From the human T2T-CHM13v2.0 reference genome, Homo sapiens, in NCBI RefSeq assembly GCF_009914755.1, contig NC_060940.1: 64,000 bases of DNA; one strand, written 5' to 3'. Below are positions 15,880-40,009 of the stretch, one piece after another. Each line of letters starts with the position of its first letter. Position 1 is the stretch's first letter. The position numbers and the translations under genes were made by a program. Under the pieces are notes generated by a model. It saw only the letters and a list, made by a program, of their open reading frames with translations, had not been told where the DNA came from and searched no databases.

Positions 15880-16940
15880 AAATCACCTCATATACACTAC
15901 GATGGCTAGTATCGGAAAAACAAAATAAAAAGTGTTGGCCAGAATGTAGAGACATTGGAACCCTTGTGCCTTGCTGGTAGGAATGTAAAATGGTGCAGTG
16001 CTGTGGAAAACTATAGTTCCCAAAGTTAAAAATAGAATTCCATATGATCCAGCAATTCCACTTCTAGGTATACCGCAAAGAATTGGAAGCAGAGTCTTGA
16101 AGTGGTATTCTTATACACATGTTCATAGGATTATTTATAATCACCAAAAAGTGGAAGCAACCCAAGTGTCCATTGACAGATGAACAGATAAACAAAGTGT
16201 GTTATATACATACAAAGGAATATTATTCAACCTTAAAAAGCAAGGAAATTTGACATATGCTACAACATGAATGAATCTTGAGGACATTATGCTGAGTGAA
16301 ACAAGCCCATCACCCAAAGACAAATTCTGTGTGACTCCATGCGTATGAGACACTTAGAGCCGTTATAGTCTATCTACACAGAGACAGGTGTAAGTGTAGG
16401 ATGGAAGTTGCCGGGGCTGGAGGGAGGGATGATATGGTTTGGCTCTGTGTCCCCACCCAAATCTCATCTCATATTGTAATCAGGGGAGGGACCTGGTGGG
16501 AAGTGATTGGATCATGGGGATGGTCTCCCTCATGCTGTTCTCATGATAGCTGATGGTTTTGAAAGAGTTCGGTAGTTCCCCCTCTGTCCTCTCTCTCTCC
16601 TGCCACCCTGTGAAGAAGGTGCTTGCCTCCCCTTTGCCTTCTACCATGATTGTAAGTTTCCTGAGGCCTACCCAGCCATGCGGAACTGTGAGTCAATTAA
16701 ATCTTTTTTCTTTACAAATTACCCAGTCTCAGATAGTATCTTTATAGCAGTGTGAAAACAAACTAATACAAGGTGGGAATTGAGAGTTGTTTAATCAGTA
16801 CAGAGTTTCAGTTTTGCAAGATGAAAAGGGTTCTGGAGATGGGTCGCAGAGAATCTGAATATACTTGTCATTACTGAACTGGACACTTAAAAATCTTTAA
16901 GATGGCAAATTTTATGTCATCGTATTTTACAATTTTAAAC
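15880..16940 (+). mobile_element. Old L1M 3' fragment interrupted by an LTR
   Basis: Degenerate ORF2 end ([11 protein letters not shown]) and L1M-type 3'UTR. Confidence 0.75.
16430..16770 (+). mobile_element. THE1D/MSTA-like MaLR solo LTR
   Basis: TGATATGGTTTGGCTCTGTGTCCCCACCC...AACTAATACA termini. Confidence 0.88.
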
Positions 16941-16992
16941 AACAAACAAAGCTAAATGATGAAGGACAATAGTTTCTATTAATATACTGTGT

Positions 16993-17388
16993 GCTGTGGA
17001 TTTAATTGTGTCCCCTCAACAAAATTCATGATGAAGCCAAAAGTCCCAATGTGACTGTATTTGGAGACAGGGTTTATAATGAGGTAATTTAGGTTAAATG
17101 AAGTTACAGGGGTGGGGCCCTCCAACTATAGGGTTAGTGTCCTTGTAGGGGAGTCACCAAGAGTTCACTTGCTCACTCTCCTTGTGCACAAAGAAGAGGT
17201 CATGTGAGTACACCTCTTCTTTGTGAAGATGGCAAGATGGGGGCGGCCTATGAGCCAGGACAAGAAACTGACCATGCTGGCACCTTGATCGTGGACTTCC
17301 AGCCTCCAGAACTGTGAAAATATAAATCTGTTGGTTAAGCTGTCCAGTCTACAGTATTTTGTTATAGCAGCCCGAGCTGACTCATATA
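16993..17388 (+). mobile_element. MLT1-family MaLR LTR
   Basis: MLT1 motifs (GTGACTGTATTTGGAGACAGGG; GGACTTCCAGCCTCCAGAACTGTGA). Confidence 0.75.
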
Positions 17389-17399
17389 GTGTGTGTATA

Positions 17400-17712
17400 T
17401 AGTAGTCCCCGCTTATCCACAGTTTCACTTTCCAGTTACCTACAATCAACTGCAGTCCAAAAATATTACATACAATAAGATGTTATGAGATGAGAGAGGG
17501 CGATCACATTCATATAACTTTTATTACAGTATGTTGTTATAATTGTTCTATTATTTGTTCATCGCTTATTGTGCCTAATGTATAAATTAAACTTCATCAT
17601 ACATATGTACACATAGGAAAAAACATAGTATATATAGGGTTCGGTACTATCCACAGCTTTGGCACCCACTGGGGATCTTGAAAGTATCCCCTGTGGATAA
17701 GGGGTACTACTG
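17400..17712. mobile_element. MER44A-like Tigger MITE
   Basis: Terminal inverted repeats AGTAGTCCCCGCTTATCCACAG ... CTGTGGATAAGGGGTACTACTG. Confidence 0.8.
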
Positions 17713-17838
17713 TCTACGTACATATTGATCTTTTGTACACATACACACACACGTTTGACAAAAGATCATTATCTACAATATATAAATAGTTTCTATTAAT
17801 AGATAAGAAACAGATGACAATTTAAAAATTAGGCAAAA

Positions 17839-18214
<376 letters not shown>

Positions 18215-18518
18215 TTACTTCATTCTATCAAGGAAATAGAAACTAAAATAACATTTTGTCATTCACTTGGCAAAATCATAAAAGGTTGTTATTTTTTATT
18301 AATAGTGAGGGGTGGGGGACTGGTTACATACCTCCATCCTCTGCTGGAGTGTAAATAGGTACAGCCACTTTGGGGATATACCTACTTAACAGTAGTTACT
18401 GAAATTTAACAAGTATATACCTTCACCCAGGACTGTATTATCATCTGTATCAGCAGAAGTCTCAAAACAAGCTAAATACCCTTTAGTAGAGAAGTAGTTT
18501 TTAAAAATGATCATAATG

Positions 18519-18805
18519 GGCCAGGTGCGGTGGCTCGCGCCTGTAATTCCAGCACTTTGGGAGGCCGAGGCAAGCAGATGACGTGAGGCCAGGAGTTTGA
18601 GACCAACCTGACCAATATGGCGAATCCCCATCTCTACTAAAAATACAAAAATTAGCCAGGTGGTTGTACATGCCTGTAATCCCAACTACTCACGTGGCTG
18701 AGGCAGGAGAATTGCTTAAACCCAGGAGGTAGAGGTTTCAGTGAGCCAAGAACACCCTACTGTACTCCAGACTGGGGAAGAGCCTGTCTCAAAAAAAAAA
18801 AAAAA
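18519..18805 (+). mobile_element. AluS
   Basis: Dimer with A tail. Confidence 0.88.
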
Positions 18806-19147
18806 TCATAATGAACATCTAATAGAAAGAATGAGGTAACGCTTGGATAATGCAGTGGAAACACCTCCACAACTTACCATTAAGTGAAAGAAAAAAAAAA
18901 GAAGAAGCCGTAGAACAGAGTGTATCATATAATGCTAAACAATACTTATAGTATAATGCCAATTATGTAAAAAGAGAAATAAAAACTCCACATTTGTGTA
19001 TATATGAATACAAATGTATAGAAAGGGAATGGGATTTTCCAGGAGAATCAGGCGGGAGAATCTTTAGCTTTACACATATTAATGTTTCACTTCTGTTTGA
19101 CTAATTTTTAAGTATGCAAGTGAATAGTACCACTTACCTTTTTTTCA

Positions 19148-19568
<421 letters not shown>

Positions 19569-20129
19569 TCATAGTTCATTTTGCAACTGTCTTACAGACT
19601 CATGGATGGACATTTAGGTGGCTTCCACTTTTTTCAATATGCAGACTGTGCACCTGTGCCAGTGAGTTTCTCTGAGTTATAAGCTGAGATGTGTAATCAC
19701 TGAAGCACAGGAAATAGCCCTTATTACTTTTCACATATCCTGCCAGACAGCCCTCCACTGAGGCTGTTCCAATTTGCATTCCACCTGCAGTGTCTGAGAA
19801 TTTTCAGTGCTTTATCCCTCCATCAGACCTAGGTATTAACCTTACATTTTGTCAACCTGGTGGGTGAAAAATGACATCCTAGGTTCTAAATTGCATCTTT
19901 TCTTTTAGCAGTGAGGTTCAGCATTTTCCTACTGGTTTATTAGTTGTCATTTTCTGTGCACTGCTGTTTCACGTTCTTTGTTCTTTCTACATTCAGTTAT
20001 TTGTCATTTTCTTATTGATTTGTAGAAGCTCTTTATATATTTTGGTCACTGATTGTCTTCCATCTGCTTTTCATTTTTCAGAAAGTTTTCAAAGTCTCTG
20101 GCCTCCTTGTGGTATTCTTTCATTTTTTA

Positions 20130-23370
<3,241 letters not shown>

Positions 23371-23799
23371 TTCCTGGTTGGGTTCTTCTTTAACTTCTGC
23401 CATTCAGCCTTTTAACGAATGACCTTTTCTGACTTTGCATGGGATTGGGCACGCACAGGAGACGTACATATCCACTGAGTCTGCATCTCAACCCAGCCCT
23501 CCACACCATTTCATCACAAAAATATTTATGGATGCCCAAAAGTCACCATGCCCTCTGCTGGTCACTGGGGATACATGAAAAGAAACAGTCTCTGCCTTTC
23601 GGGGAGCTCACAGACTGATGGGGAGGATAAGACCGTTGCAAGAACAACCTGAGTGGAATCCTGGATGCTTTAGAGCTGGAAGAAAAGCCCAGGCCAAGGC
23701 ACGTAGGCTGTGCTCATTTGATAGATGGGAAGACTGTGGCTCAGGGAGGGAGGGGAGGTGAAACCCAAAATCTCTGGGGGCTTTAAGAAGGGAGAGATG

Positions 23800-24105
<306 letters not shown>

Positions 24106-25189
24106 AGGGAGAGATGCCATTAGGTTGGGGGCTCAGTAAAGACTCCTTGGAGGAGGGGGCATTTGGGGGATGGTAGAAGAGGAGCAAAAACATGGAGTGT
24201 GTGTTTGGAGAAGGGTGTGGCATGGCAGGGTCTGACCCAACAGCAGAAGCACAGGGCTTGGGGACAGGTAAGACAGAGAAGGAAAGTTGAGGCCAGATGG
24301 GTGAGGAAGGGATGATGCAGCAGGAATTTAGCTTCTCTCTGAATGCAGGTTTTCCAAGCTGGCTCTCCACAAGGCAGGCCTTGCCCTTCACAGAGCCTCC
24401 TTCCAGCTCCTGGCAGGATCCGATTCTCTCCATTCCTCTGCATTATTAAGCACCCACCATGAGCCGGGCGCAGTGTCAGGTGCCAGAGCTACGACGGTGA
24501 ATGCAGCAGGCACAGCCCACAGCCTCCTGGGGAGAAGGATTAAACAAAACGCCACACACAGCACCGGCTGCAGGGAGAGGCTAAGGGACAGAAGGCCAAG
24601 CTCTCAGGCTCTGGAGCTCCAACGCCTGGTGTGACCCTTTCCTAGTGAGTGACTGGCAGTGTTACTTAACCTCTCTAAGCCTCGGTTTCTCCCTCTGTCA
24701 AATGTGGATAATAACAGTCCCCATCTTATAGGGCCGTCGAAAGGATTGAGTTCACATATACAAAGAATTGAACAGCTGGCATGGGATGTGTGATATAGAA
24801 AAGTGTGAGCAGTTTGGGTGTGGTGAGTCACACCTGTAAGCCCAGTGCTTTGGGAGGCCGAGGAAAGAGCATTGCTTGTGGCCAGGAGTTCAAGACCAGC
24901 CTGGGCAACATAGCAAGACCCTATCTCTATTAAAAATTAATAAAAAGAAAAGTGTTAGCTTCTTTCTTACTAGCAACTGTAATTGCAATAAGTGCTACAA
25001 AGAAGGGATGTGCTTGCTGGTATCCGAGGGATTTGGCCTATTTGGGGTTCCAGGAAAGCTTTCCTGAGCAAATTGCCTTTAAACTGAGACCCACCAGATG
25101 AAGGAGACAGAGGGTTAGGGAGAGCATCCAAGACAAAGGAAACAGCACATGCAAAAAGCCTGAAGTCACATACATACCAGCGCCTTTGC

Positions 25190-26933
<1,744 letters not shown>

Positions 26934-27167
26934 CCTCCAAAATGAAGGCAGTGTCCACTGAAGGAGGAAGAACTAAGAGCAGATAGATGGTACCTGTGAT
27001 GGGAGCCACTGAGTCACAGAATCTCCTGGGGAAGAAGGAAACTAACCTCTTCCTATCCCCCTATTTAATGCTGGCATCTGCTGTCCTCTGCTGTGGTAAC
27101 AGGGAACTATCTCCCAAGGAGTCCCTTCCACTCAAAATCAGCTCTAATTGCCAAGAAAGGCCTTTCT

Positions 27168-27482
27168 GGCTGGGTGCAGTGGCTCACACCTGTAATTCCA
27201 ACACTTTGGAAGGCTGAAGTGGGAGAGCTGCTTGAGTCCAGGAGCTCGAGGCCAGCCTGGGCAATATAGTGAGACCCCATCTCGACCAAAAAAAATACAA
27301 AAAATTAGCCAAGTGTGGTGGCACACACCTATAGTCCCTTAGTCCCTGCTACTCAGGAGGGCTGAAGTGGGAGGATCTCTTAAGCCCAGGAGGTCAAGGC
27401 TGCAGTGAGCCATGGTCACACCACGGCACTCCAGCCTGGCAACAGAGCTGAGACCCTGACTTTAAAAAAAAGAAAAGAAAAG
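27168..27482 (+). mobile_element. AluJ
   Basis: Dimer. Confidence 0.82.
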
Positions 27483-27857
27483 AAAGGCGATGGGAGGGGA
27501 GGGAAGGAGAGGAGAGGAGGGGAAAGACCCTGCTACCTAGAAAACAACCTTTATTCCTGTAACCTTACCCCACCCACTGCGATTGTCCTGATTCTGCCCT
27601 TAGGACCACAGAAAGCAAGCCTAATTTCCTCTTTTCAACATGGTATAAACATGTAGGTATGAGTTCAAATCCTAGCTCTGCCACTTACAAGCTGCGTTAT
27701 CCTGAACAGGTCCCATAACTCTTCAGGGCATCATCTGTAAAATGGAGATAACAGCACCTGCCTTGTAGGGCTATGTTAGGCTTTAAGATAAACTCATAGT
27801 GTTCTTAGCACAAATCTTGAATTACAGCAGGTGCTCAATATTATTCCCCATGACTAC

Positions 27858-28380
27858 TATGGCAGATTAGACATGCTTGAAATTTGTTGACTCCTCCCTT
27901 CAAGACAGGGGGTCTTGTTCCCCTCCTCTTGAATCTGGGCAGGTTCTGTCACTGCTTGACCAACAGAATATGGTGCAAGCGACCTGTGCTAGTTTCAGGG
28001 TCCAGGGCTTAAGAGACTTGCAGCTACCACTTCCATCTCTTGAAACTCTCAACTGTATGACCTGACTCTAATTGCCCTGAGGCCACCATGCTGAAGAAGC
28101 CACATGTAGAGCTCTGGTCAACAGTTCCAGCTGAGCCCAGCCTCCAGCCATCCCTGCCAAAGTGCCAGATGTGTGACTGAAGCCATCTTAGATTCTCCAG
28201 ACCAGCCCATCCACCAGCCGAACAGCACCAAGTGACCTCAGCTAATGAAACAAAAGAATCGCCCAAGTGAGCACTGCTCCAACTCCGGACCCACGAATCC
28301 AGGAAAGACAATAAGATGGTCATTGTTTTAAGCTCCTAAATTGTGGGTAATTGGTTGCATAGCTACAGATAACTGGGGCA
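27858..28380 (+). mobile_element. MLT1G/H-like LTR
   Basis: MLT1 motifs (CCCCTCCTCTTGAATCTGGGC; CCAGCTGAGCCCAGCCT; ACAGATAACTG). Confidence 0.65.
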
Positions 28381-31179
28381 ACCATTGCCAAATATTTGAA
28401 GGTAACTGTTCACTTCCAGATTGAACCTGCCTACCTCTCTCAGCTGATGCTCACATGATAGGGTTTTGGGCCTTAGGACCCCTGTGATCAGCTGTCTTCT
28501 GGACAATGGGAGCCCAACAATGAACACAGCCTTCAGGGCAGAGGGGGGTTCTGCCCAACTATGCCAGTTAGGACTCTATCTGGAATAATTTAAGCAAAAA
28601 AGGAAATGATTGGCTCATAATGGCTTCAGGCATGGCTGGATCCAGGTGTTCCAAGATATTGTCAGGCTCCATTTCCTTTGTGATTATTTTATTTTTGGGC
28701 TCTTCTCACGGAGCCAAAAAGCTTTAGAAACTCACTCAGCTTCACATTCTCTCAGGTTCAAGTCCAGATGGAAAGACTATCTGCCATTCTCCCAGCATTC
28801 CCAGCAAAAGTATCACTGATTCTCTTTGGTTGGTGGCTGTGTGGCCCAATCAGAGCCAATTACTGTGACTAGGTAGGTGGAATGGCCTAGGAGCTCACAG
28901 ATGGGACATACGCCATCAAAACCATATGGACTGGTAATAAGGAGGGGTAGTTCTTCAAAGGAAAACCAAGGATATCATCACAGGGGAAGGACAAGTGGAT
29001 GGCTGGGCAGCAGATCTATATATATCCACCCCTGCAGCTAAAAGGAGAATGAAAAACATAACCTCTCTCATTCTACATGGCATACCTCTCTTAATGCAGC
29101 CCAGGGTCACGTCATCACTTCACATTGATGACTCACAACAGATATTCAGGGGGATGTTTTTCCTTATCTAATATCGCTTGGTTTCACTCCCTCATCCTCT
29201 GCCAAGTCAGGGATGCAAACATGCACATGGGTCCTCCCTCTTCACCTCTGTCCCAAGCACAGTGAAGCTTCTGGGGGCATGGAGATGAACAGACTAGGCC
29301 TGTGGCCTGCTCCACCTTCCCTGAGTCATTATCCTTCTCTCCCCTCAGAGTCAAAGTGATTCAAAAGAGACAGCTCAGGCCCACAAGCAAGTTTTACCGC
29401 CAACATGGCTGGCACAAACCCAGGGCTAGAACCAATGCTTTAGGGCTAGAACCAATGCTTTTGAGGGCAAAATAAGCCCTTCTGTTTCTTCACAGAGTTG
29501 GATTGTTTGCCTTGAGTGCATAGGTGACCATCTGAGTTATTAGCAACCAGGGATTTGGTATATAATACTGTGCATACATAAATAACAACAACAAAATTGG
29601 TCCACTGCCCAGAGAGCTCTCGATCCACAGAGCTGCCAGACATCATGAGATTTCAAAAGATCTTGGCTCTAAAATCAGAGGATGTTTGGATATAAATTCT
29701 AGTACAACCCAGTCATTTGACAGATGAGTAAACCAGGGATCAGAAGAGTCCAGGCATGTAATTGCCCCAAGGTCACTGAGTAAGTGAGTGGCCGAGTGAC
29801 CACTGAAATTTAGTCCATCTGAGAGCTCGCCCCCCTGCCCTGTGCGGTGTTTTTACAAGAGTGAGCACGCAGGTTCCAGGGTGGTCAAGAGGTGTTTACT
29901 TTCATTTTGTAGTCGGCCTTCATACAAGGTGGGGGCTGGGAAGGGAAGAGCAGTCCAGGCCATTACCCCCATGAATTCATTTGACAAATATTTATTAAGC
30001 GTCTACTGCAAACTTGGCCCGGTGCTGGAAGCTGAAGACACAATTCCAGAGGCAGACAATGACTGCCCTTGGCATTTCCAGTGGTCAGGGGTTGGTGAGG
30101 AGGGGCAGAGACACCAATCCAAGAGTCCCCGCAGTTTATACATACCACAGGCACGGAAAGCGCCAGGAGGGGAAAGAACAGGATGTTTACCAGCACCTTC
30201 CACAGGCAGCCACGGTCATGGGGGTCAGGACAGGGTCCCCAGAGGAAGTGACGATTCGGCTGAGCTAGAAAGACATTTCCACAGGAACTTACAGTAAGGG
30301 CTGCAAGGACAGCCTGTCCTCCCCCGCCCACCACCTCACTAAACTTTCACTGTGGCAATCGGCATTCCCTAAGCCTGCCAGGAAGCTTCCAGTAACCACT
30401 TCCTGACTCCTAGCATGACACACTTCGGGCCTTCCAAGGTTGACGATCTAAGGCCCTTACACAGCGCCAGACACGCGCAGGCAGGGAGGCAGGATGTGCC
30501 TCTCCAGACAGGAATGTGGACGCCACCTGGGCTCTTCCCCTCAGCCTCCACAGGGGAAGAATATTCTTGTGGGGTTTTTCCCTTCCAAATGTCTCAGGGC
30601 GATTCCAGTGTTCCCGCTAGTTCCTCCCTCCCAGGCTAGAACACAAATCCTTCCCCCTCCCTGCCTGGCAAACACCTTCTGACCCTCAGGCCCAAGGCAA
30701 TGGCCCACCTCCTCCCAGGCTGGATGGGGTCTCCTCCTCTCTGTTCCCCCAGCCCCTGAGCTTCCTGAGGACCAAGCTTGTGGCTTCTTCTCCTTACTCT
30801 TCCTCCTTGGTGTCTCTATGTTAGAGGGCCGTTAGCATCTGCTGGGGCCTGGTCGCATTCACCCTGCTCTGCCACTCACTGGCTGTGTGACTCTGGACAA
30901 ATTAACTTCTCTGGACCTGCAGTTTCTCCTCTCTACAATGAGAATACTGGAGAGTCCTTATCTTATGGGTTGCTACAGAATTAAGTGACATCTCACACAC
31001 AACACACTTCCTACAGTCCCTGTTACACGCTAAAAGTACTCAACATGCAACGGATACGTCATCAGTAACCACCCCACGGGTTTACTGTGATGCTGCACAA
31101 TTATTAAGCCTTGGCTGCTACAGAGTTGTAACCTGTCTGCACTTCCAACCGGTTTGGGAATGCAAGCAGCATTCCCAAG

Positions 31180-31620
31180 TCCCGCTTTCACCCGCGCGCT
31201 AACGGCTCAGGTTCGAGTACAGGACAGGAGGGAGGGGAGCTGTGCACACGGCGGAGGCGCACGGCGTGGGCACCCAGCACCCGGTACACTGTGTCCTCCC
31301 GCTGCACCCAGCCCCTTCCGCGCCGAGGCGTCCCCGAGGCGCAAGTGGGCCGCCTTCAGGGAACTGACCGCCCGCGGCCCGTGTGCAGAGCCGGGTGCGC
31401 CCGGCCCAGTGCGCGCGGCCGGGTGTTTCGCCTGGAGCCGCAAGTGACTCAGCGCGGGGCGTGTGCAGGCAGCGCCCGGCCGGGGCGGGGCTTTTGCACT
31501 CGTCCCGGCTCTTTCTAGCTATAAACACTGCTTGCCGCGCTGCACTCCACCACGCCTCCTCCAAGTCCCAGCGAACCCGCGTGCAACCTGTCCCGACTCT
31601 AGCCGCCTCTTCAGCTCGCC
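31180..31620 (+). promoter_or_regulatory. MT2A: MT2A promoter (MREs, AP-1/ARE, GC box, GRE, TATA)
   Basis: TATAAA 31520-31525; MREa TGCACTC 31495-31501; other MRE cores at 31381 (reverse), 31396, 31410; GGGGCGGGG 31482-31490; TGACTCAGC 31445-31453. Confidence 0.95.
31283..31297 (+). promoter_or_regulatory. MT2A: Glucocorticoid response element of MT2A
   Basis: GGTACACTGTGTCCT, the classical hMT-IIA GRE. Confidence 0.9.
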
Positions 31621-32319
<699 letters not shown>

Positions 32320-35019
32320 TGCTGGGACAGCCCCGCTCCCAGATGTAAAGAACGCGACTTCCACAAACCTGGATTTTTTATGTACAACCCTGACCGTGAC
32401 CGTTTGCTATATTCCTTTTTCTATGAAATAATGTGAATGATAATAAAACAGCTTTGACTTGATTCTGTCTCTGGTTTCCTTTATATGCCTTAAAAATAAC
32501 GGACTGGGGTGAGGGATTGAACTGGGAGGGCAGAGACCTGGGCTGTGGATGGAAATGTGAGCCGTTAAGAAAGAGTGCATTCTGGCAAGCCAGGCTACTG
32601 CACTGAGCTTCAGCTTCTGTAAAACTGAATGGCGCTGTGCCAGATCATATGGGAGCAGGAGGGACACATACATGATCACTTTCAGTTTCACGTCAAATGT
32701 GGCACAGAAACTTCTCCATTCCTCACTTTTACTTTCAATTTCCCTGCCCAACTTCAGTTCTTCGTGGGATTTTAGACTTGAAAGTGACTACAGAGGGTGA
32801 AATCCAACTCCCCAGTGGCTGGAATCTGACATCCGGTTTCCCAAACTCCCTGTGGGGAATGACCAGTTTTGTTTTGTTTTGTTTTGTTCTCCATTAGTCA
32901 CAGACCTAAACTCTGGTAAAATAAGGAGTTAATAAGAAAATGAAAGTTTAAAAGACACAAAATACAAAGACAATTTTTTAGATTCAACAGGAACTTTTCA
33001 ATAAATATATGAACAAATTAACATAGGAAAAATAAAAGAATTACCAACACTACACATTTGTCCAAGGGTGTGCATTGCATCCTGGAAACAGTTCTCAGAC
33101 TGGCCCCAGTGCGTGGCTGGCACACCCTGAGCAGCACTGATCCAGACATCCCCACAAGGAACCGTCAGGCTTGTGCTGCCCAGTGTCACTGACAGGACAC
33201 TCACTCGCACACCCCTGAGAGCTCCCTGTTTTGCCTTGGTTCTGAATCTTTGTAAGTTCCTCCCAAGGTCAGGCTGAATTTACTCCTCTCAAATTTCAGC
33301 CGTTGGCTACTTAAACCATCAAAGTGGCTGGGGATGTGGAGGGAAATGCCCAGCATGTTCCCAGCAAGATGCAGTGTGTGTGATCATGGGTTGCAGAAGA
33401 CGTTCTTCCTGTCTGCCCACGCAGGGGTGATGGCATTCAGCAGTTTGGAGGGTGTGGTGGCGCTCTTTAGAAAGGAGTGAAGCTCTGAGTGACTTGTAAT
33501 TAAAGCCAACGGTTAGTCCCCCTGGCTATGCGGAGGGAATGTTATTTGATGTTCAGTCAAAGAGGAGGATGAGTGCCTTGGCCCAGGAATCAGGAGCACA
33601 CTTGCCTGAAGGTGCTCCTTATAGAGTTTTAGAAGGCAACCTGAGCCAAGGGCATGGGTTTTCATGTCAGGCAGTCCTAGTTCACAGCCCACTTTACCAC
33701 TTACTGGCTGTGTGGCCTGGGCAAGTCACTCAACCTCTCTGAGCCTACATTTCCTCATCTGTAGAAAAAAGATGGTATCCCTATTTATGGATTAAATGAG
33801 ATCTTGGCCTGGCTCCTGGCTAGGGTTTAATGACCACTAGGATCACTCTGTTTACATGGACTTTGTTGGAGACAGAATCTCTCTTGATAAGCTCTTGGGG
33901 AAAAACGGGTCTGGGAAGAATTACTCTGGGTCAGAGGCTGGGGAGTGGAATGAAGCTTTCCTGACTGTGTACCAGGGGGAGGGTGGATGACTTCCTGCAC
34001 AAAGCCCTCTGGGATTAAGATGCTGCCACAGCATTTGAACAAACGTAAGAACCATTCTAATTTTTCCTATCATTTGAATACCCCATGAGCCAGTGAAAGA
34101 GTGACCATGCAGGGACGAAACTGATTCTGTCATCTTCCAGATGTCATTTTCCCTTCCAAATGTCTCAGGGTGATTCCAGTGTTCCCGCTAGTTCCTCCCT
34201 CCCCAGGCTAGAACACAAATCCTTCCCCCTCCCTGCCTGGCAAACACCTTCTGACCCTCAGGCCCAAGGCAATGGCCCACCTCCTCCCAGGCTGGATGGG
34301 GTCTCCTCCTCTCTGTTTCCCCAGCCCCTGAGCTTCCTGAGGACCAAGCTTGTGGCTTCTTGCCCTTATTCTTCCTCCTTGGTGTCTCTATGTTAGAAGG
34401 CCGTTAGCATCTGCTGGGGCCTGGTTGCATTCACCCTGCTGTGCCACTCACTAGCTGTGTGACCCTGGACAAGTAACTTCTCTGGACCTGCAACCTGCCC
34501 AAGGTCACTCAGCTTAGAAGTCAGAGGCTGGAACCTTCACTACAGTTGGCCTCTCATCTTGGCTACAGCTGGCAGATCATGATGTCACTGGGCTCTAAGC
34601 CCTGCCTCTCAGAGTTCAGAGCTGGGTCAGCCCTTGGTCAGTTAGTCCAATTGTGTCCCTGGCTTGAGAGGTGGCATACTGAAGCCAAGAGAGGTCACAG
34701 AGCTATGCAGAGAGCATGACTGCCAGCTCAGTGCTCTTTCTACTGCTGCCTCACTGCCAGATTTTCAGTGTCCTTGTTTTTCACGGAACATGGTGACATA
34801 GGGTGGTGGTTGAGGGCATTATGATGCAGTCAGCATGCATTGGTGCAAAACCTAGCTGTGTCACTTATACCTGAGTGACACAACCTCTCTGTGGCTCAGT
34901 CTCCTCTACTGTAAGATAGGCTGAATAATAGGGTCTGGCTGGTGACAGCAAATGACTTAATACATGCAAAGAACTTAGAATGGCACCTGCCATGTATCAA
35001 GCAGACTACAATATTATCT

Positions 35020-35445
<426 letters not shown>

Positions 35446-35672
35446 TGAGCTCTACATTCCTCATCAACTATCTGAGCATGTTAACTGTGGTCCAGAGAGT
35501 CTTCAGTCTTCCCGTGAAATTCTGATCAGCACTGGACATAGAAAACCATGAGCAGGACAGTCCACGCCCTTGTGGTACATACAAACAGATGCCTGCCATA
35601 TCTGCTACCACCTACACCACAATTTTACCTAAAAATTCTCCTTTAAATGATTCATATTTTCCAAGATATATT

Positions 35673-38551
<2,879 letters not shown>

Positions 38552-38723
38552 TATATTTAAATGAACGCAAAGTCTTTACCAATGCTAAAATCAAGAATCA
38601 GTCTTACTTACAGACATATCGATTACTCTAATGTGTATTTTGTGTATATATACATATTTAATAAATTTCCCATCTCCATCACTTTTCAAGCTGTCCAGGG
38701 TCGAGATTGATGCTTCTCCCTGA

Positions 38724-39033
<310 letters not shown>

Positions 39034-39041
39034 CCTGATTA

Positions 39042-39375
<334 letters not shown>

Positions 39376-40009
39376 ATAACAATTGTAAGCAGCACAGTGG
39401 TGTTGAAGACATATCTCGACCAAAAGAAATCGTTATGTTTTCTTTCCTCCTCTTGGGAAGCTGGCTGGATTCAGGTAGAGTGGCACCATTTCACAGAGCC
39501 ATAACCTTGGGCAAATTACTAAGGCTCTTTGTGCCTTAGTTTTTCCATTGGAAAAACGTGTTTAGAATAGTATTTCCCTTTTATTGTTCTTGAGGGGGCT
39601 CAAAAAACTAAAGTGATTAAACAGACTCACGCAGATTGTTGTGTAATAGGAAAATTGAAAGGTAAATAATCACTTCTTGCTTTCTTATTTAACGTAGGTT
39701 CTGCATCCTCCGGATCTGGAGTCACCTAAGCAGATCCCGCCCTTGGGAGCACTCCGCATTTTCAGGACTACTCTCCTGGAGTTGGGTGGGCGCGCTAGGG
39801 GCTTTGGAGGAGCCCCTGCAGAATTTTATGTAAAGGAGGCCCCAGACAAATGTGCCCATACAACCTCTCAGGAATGGGGAATGGAAGGGAGGGCTCGCCT
39901 CCACCGTGTTGCTGGGCTCAAGAGAAAGTGGCAGAAGGACCATGGCGGGGATAGTGACAGGCAATGCTGGAGGGCAGGAGGACAGAAAGTAAGGGTCACG
40001 TCCATGACT

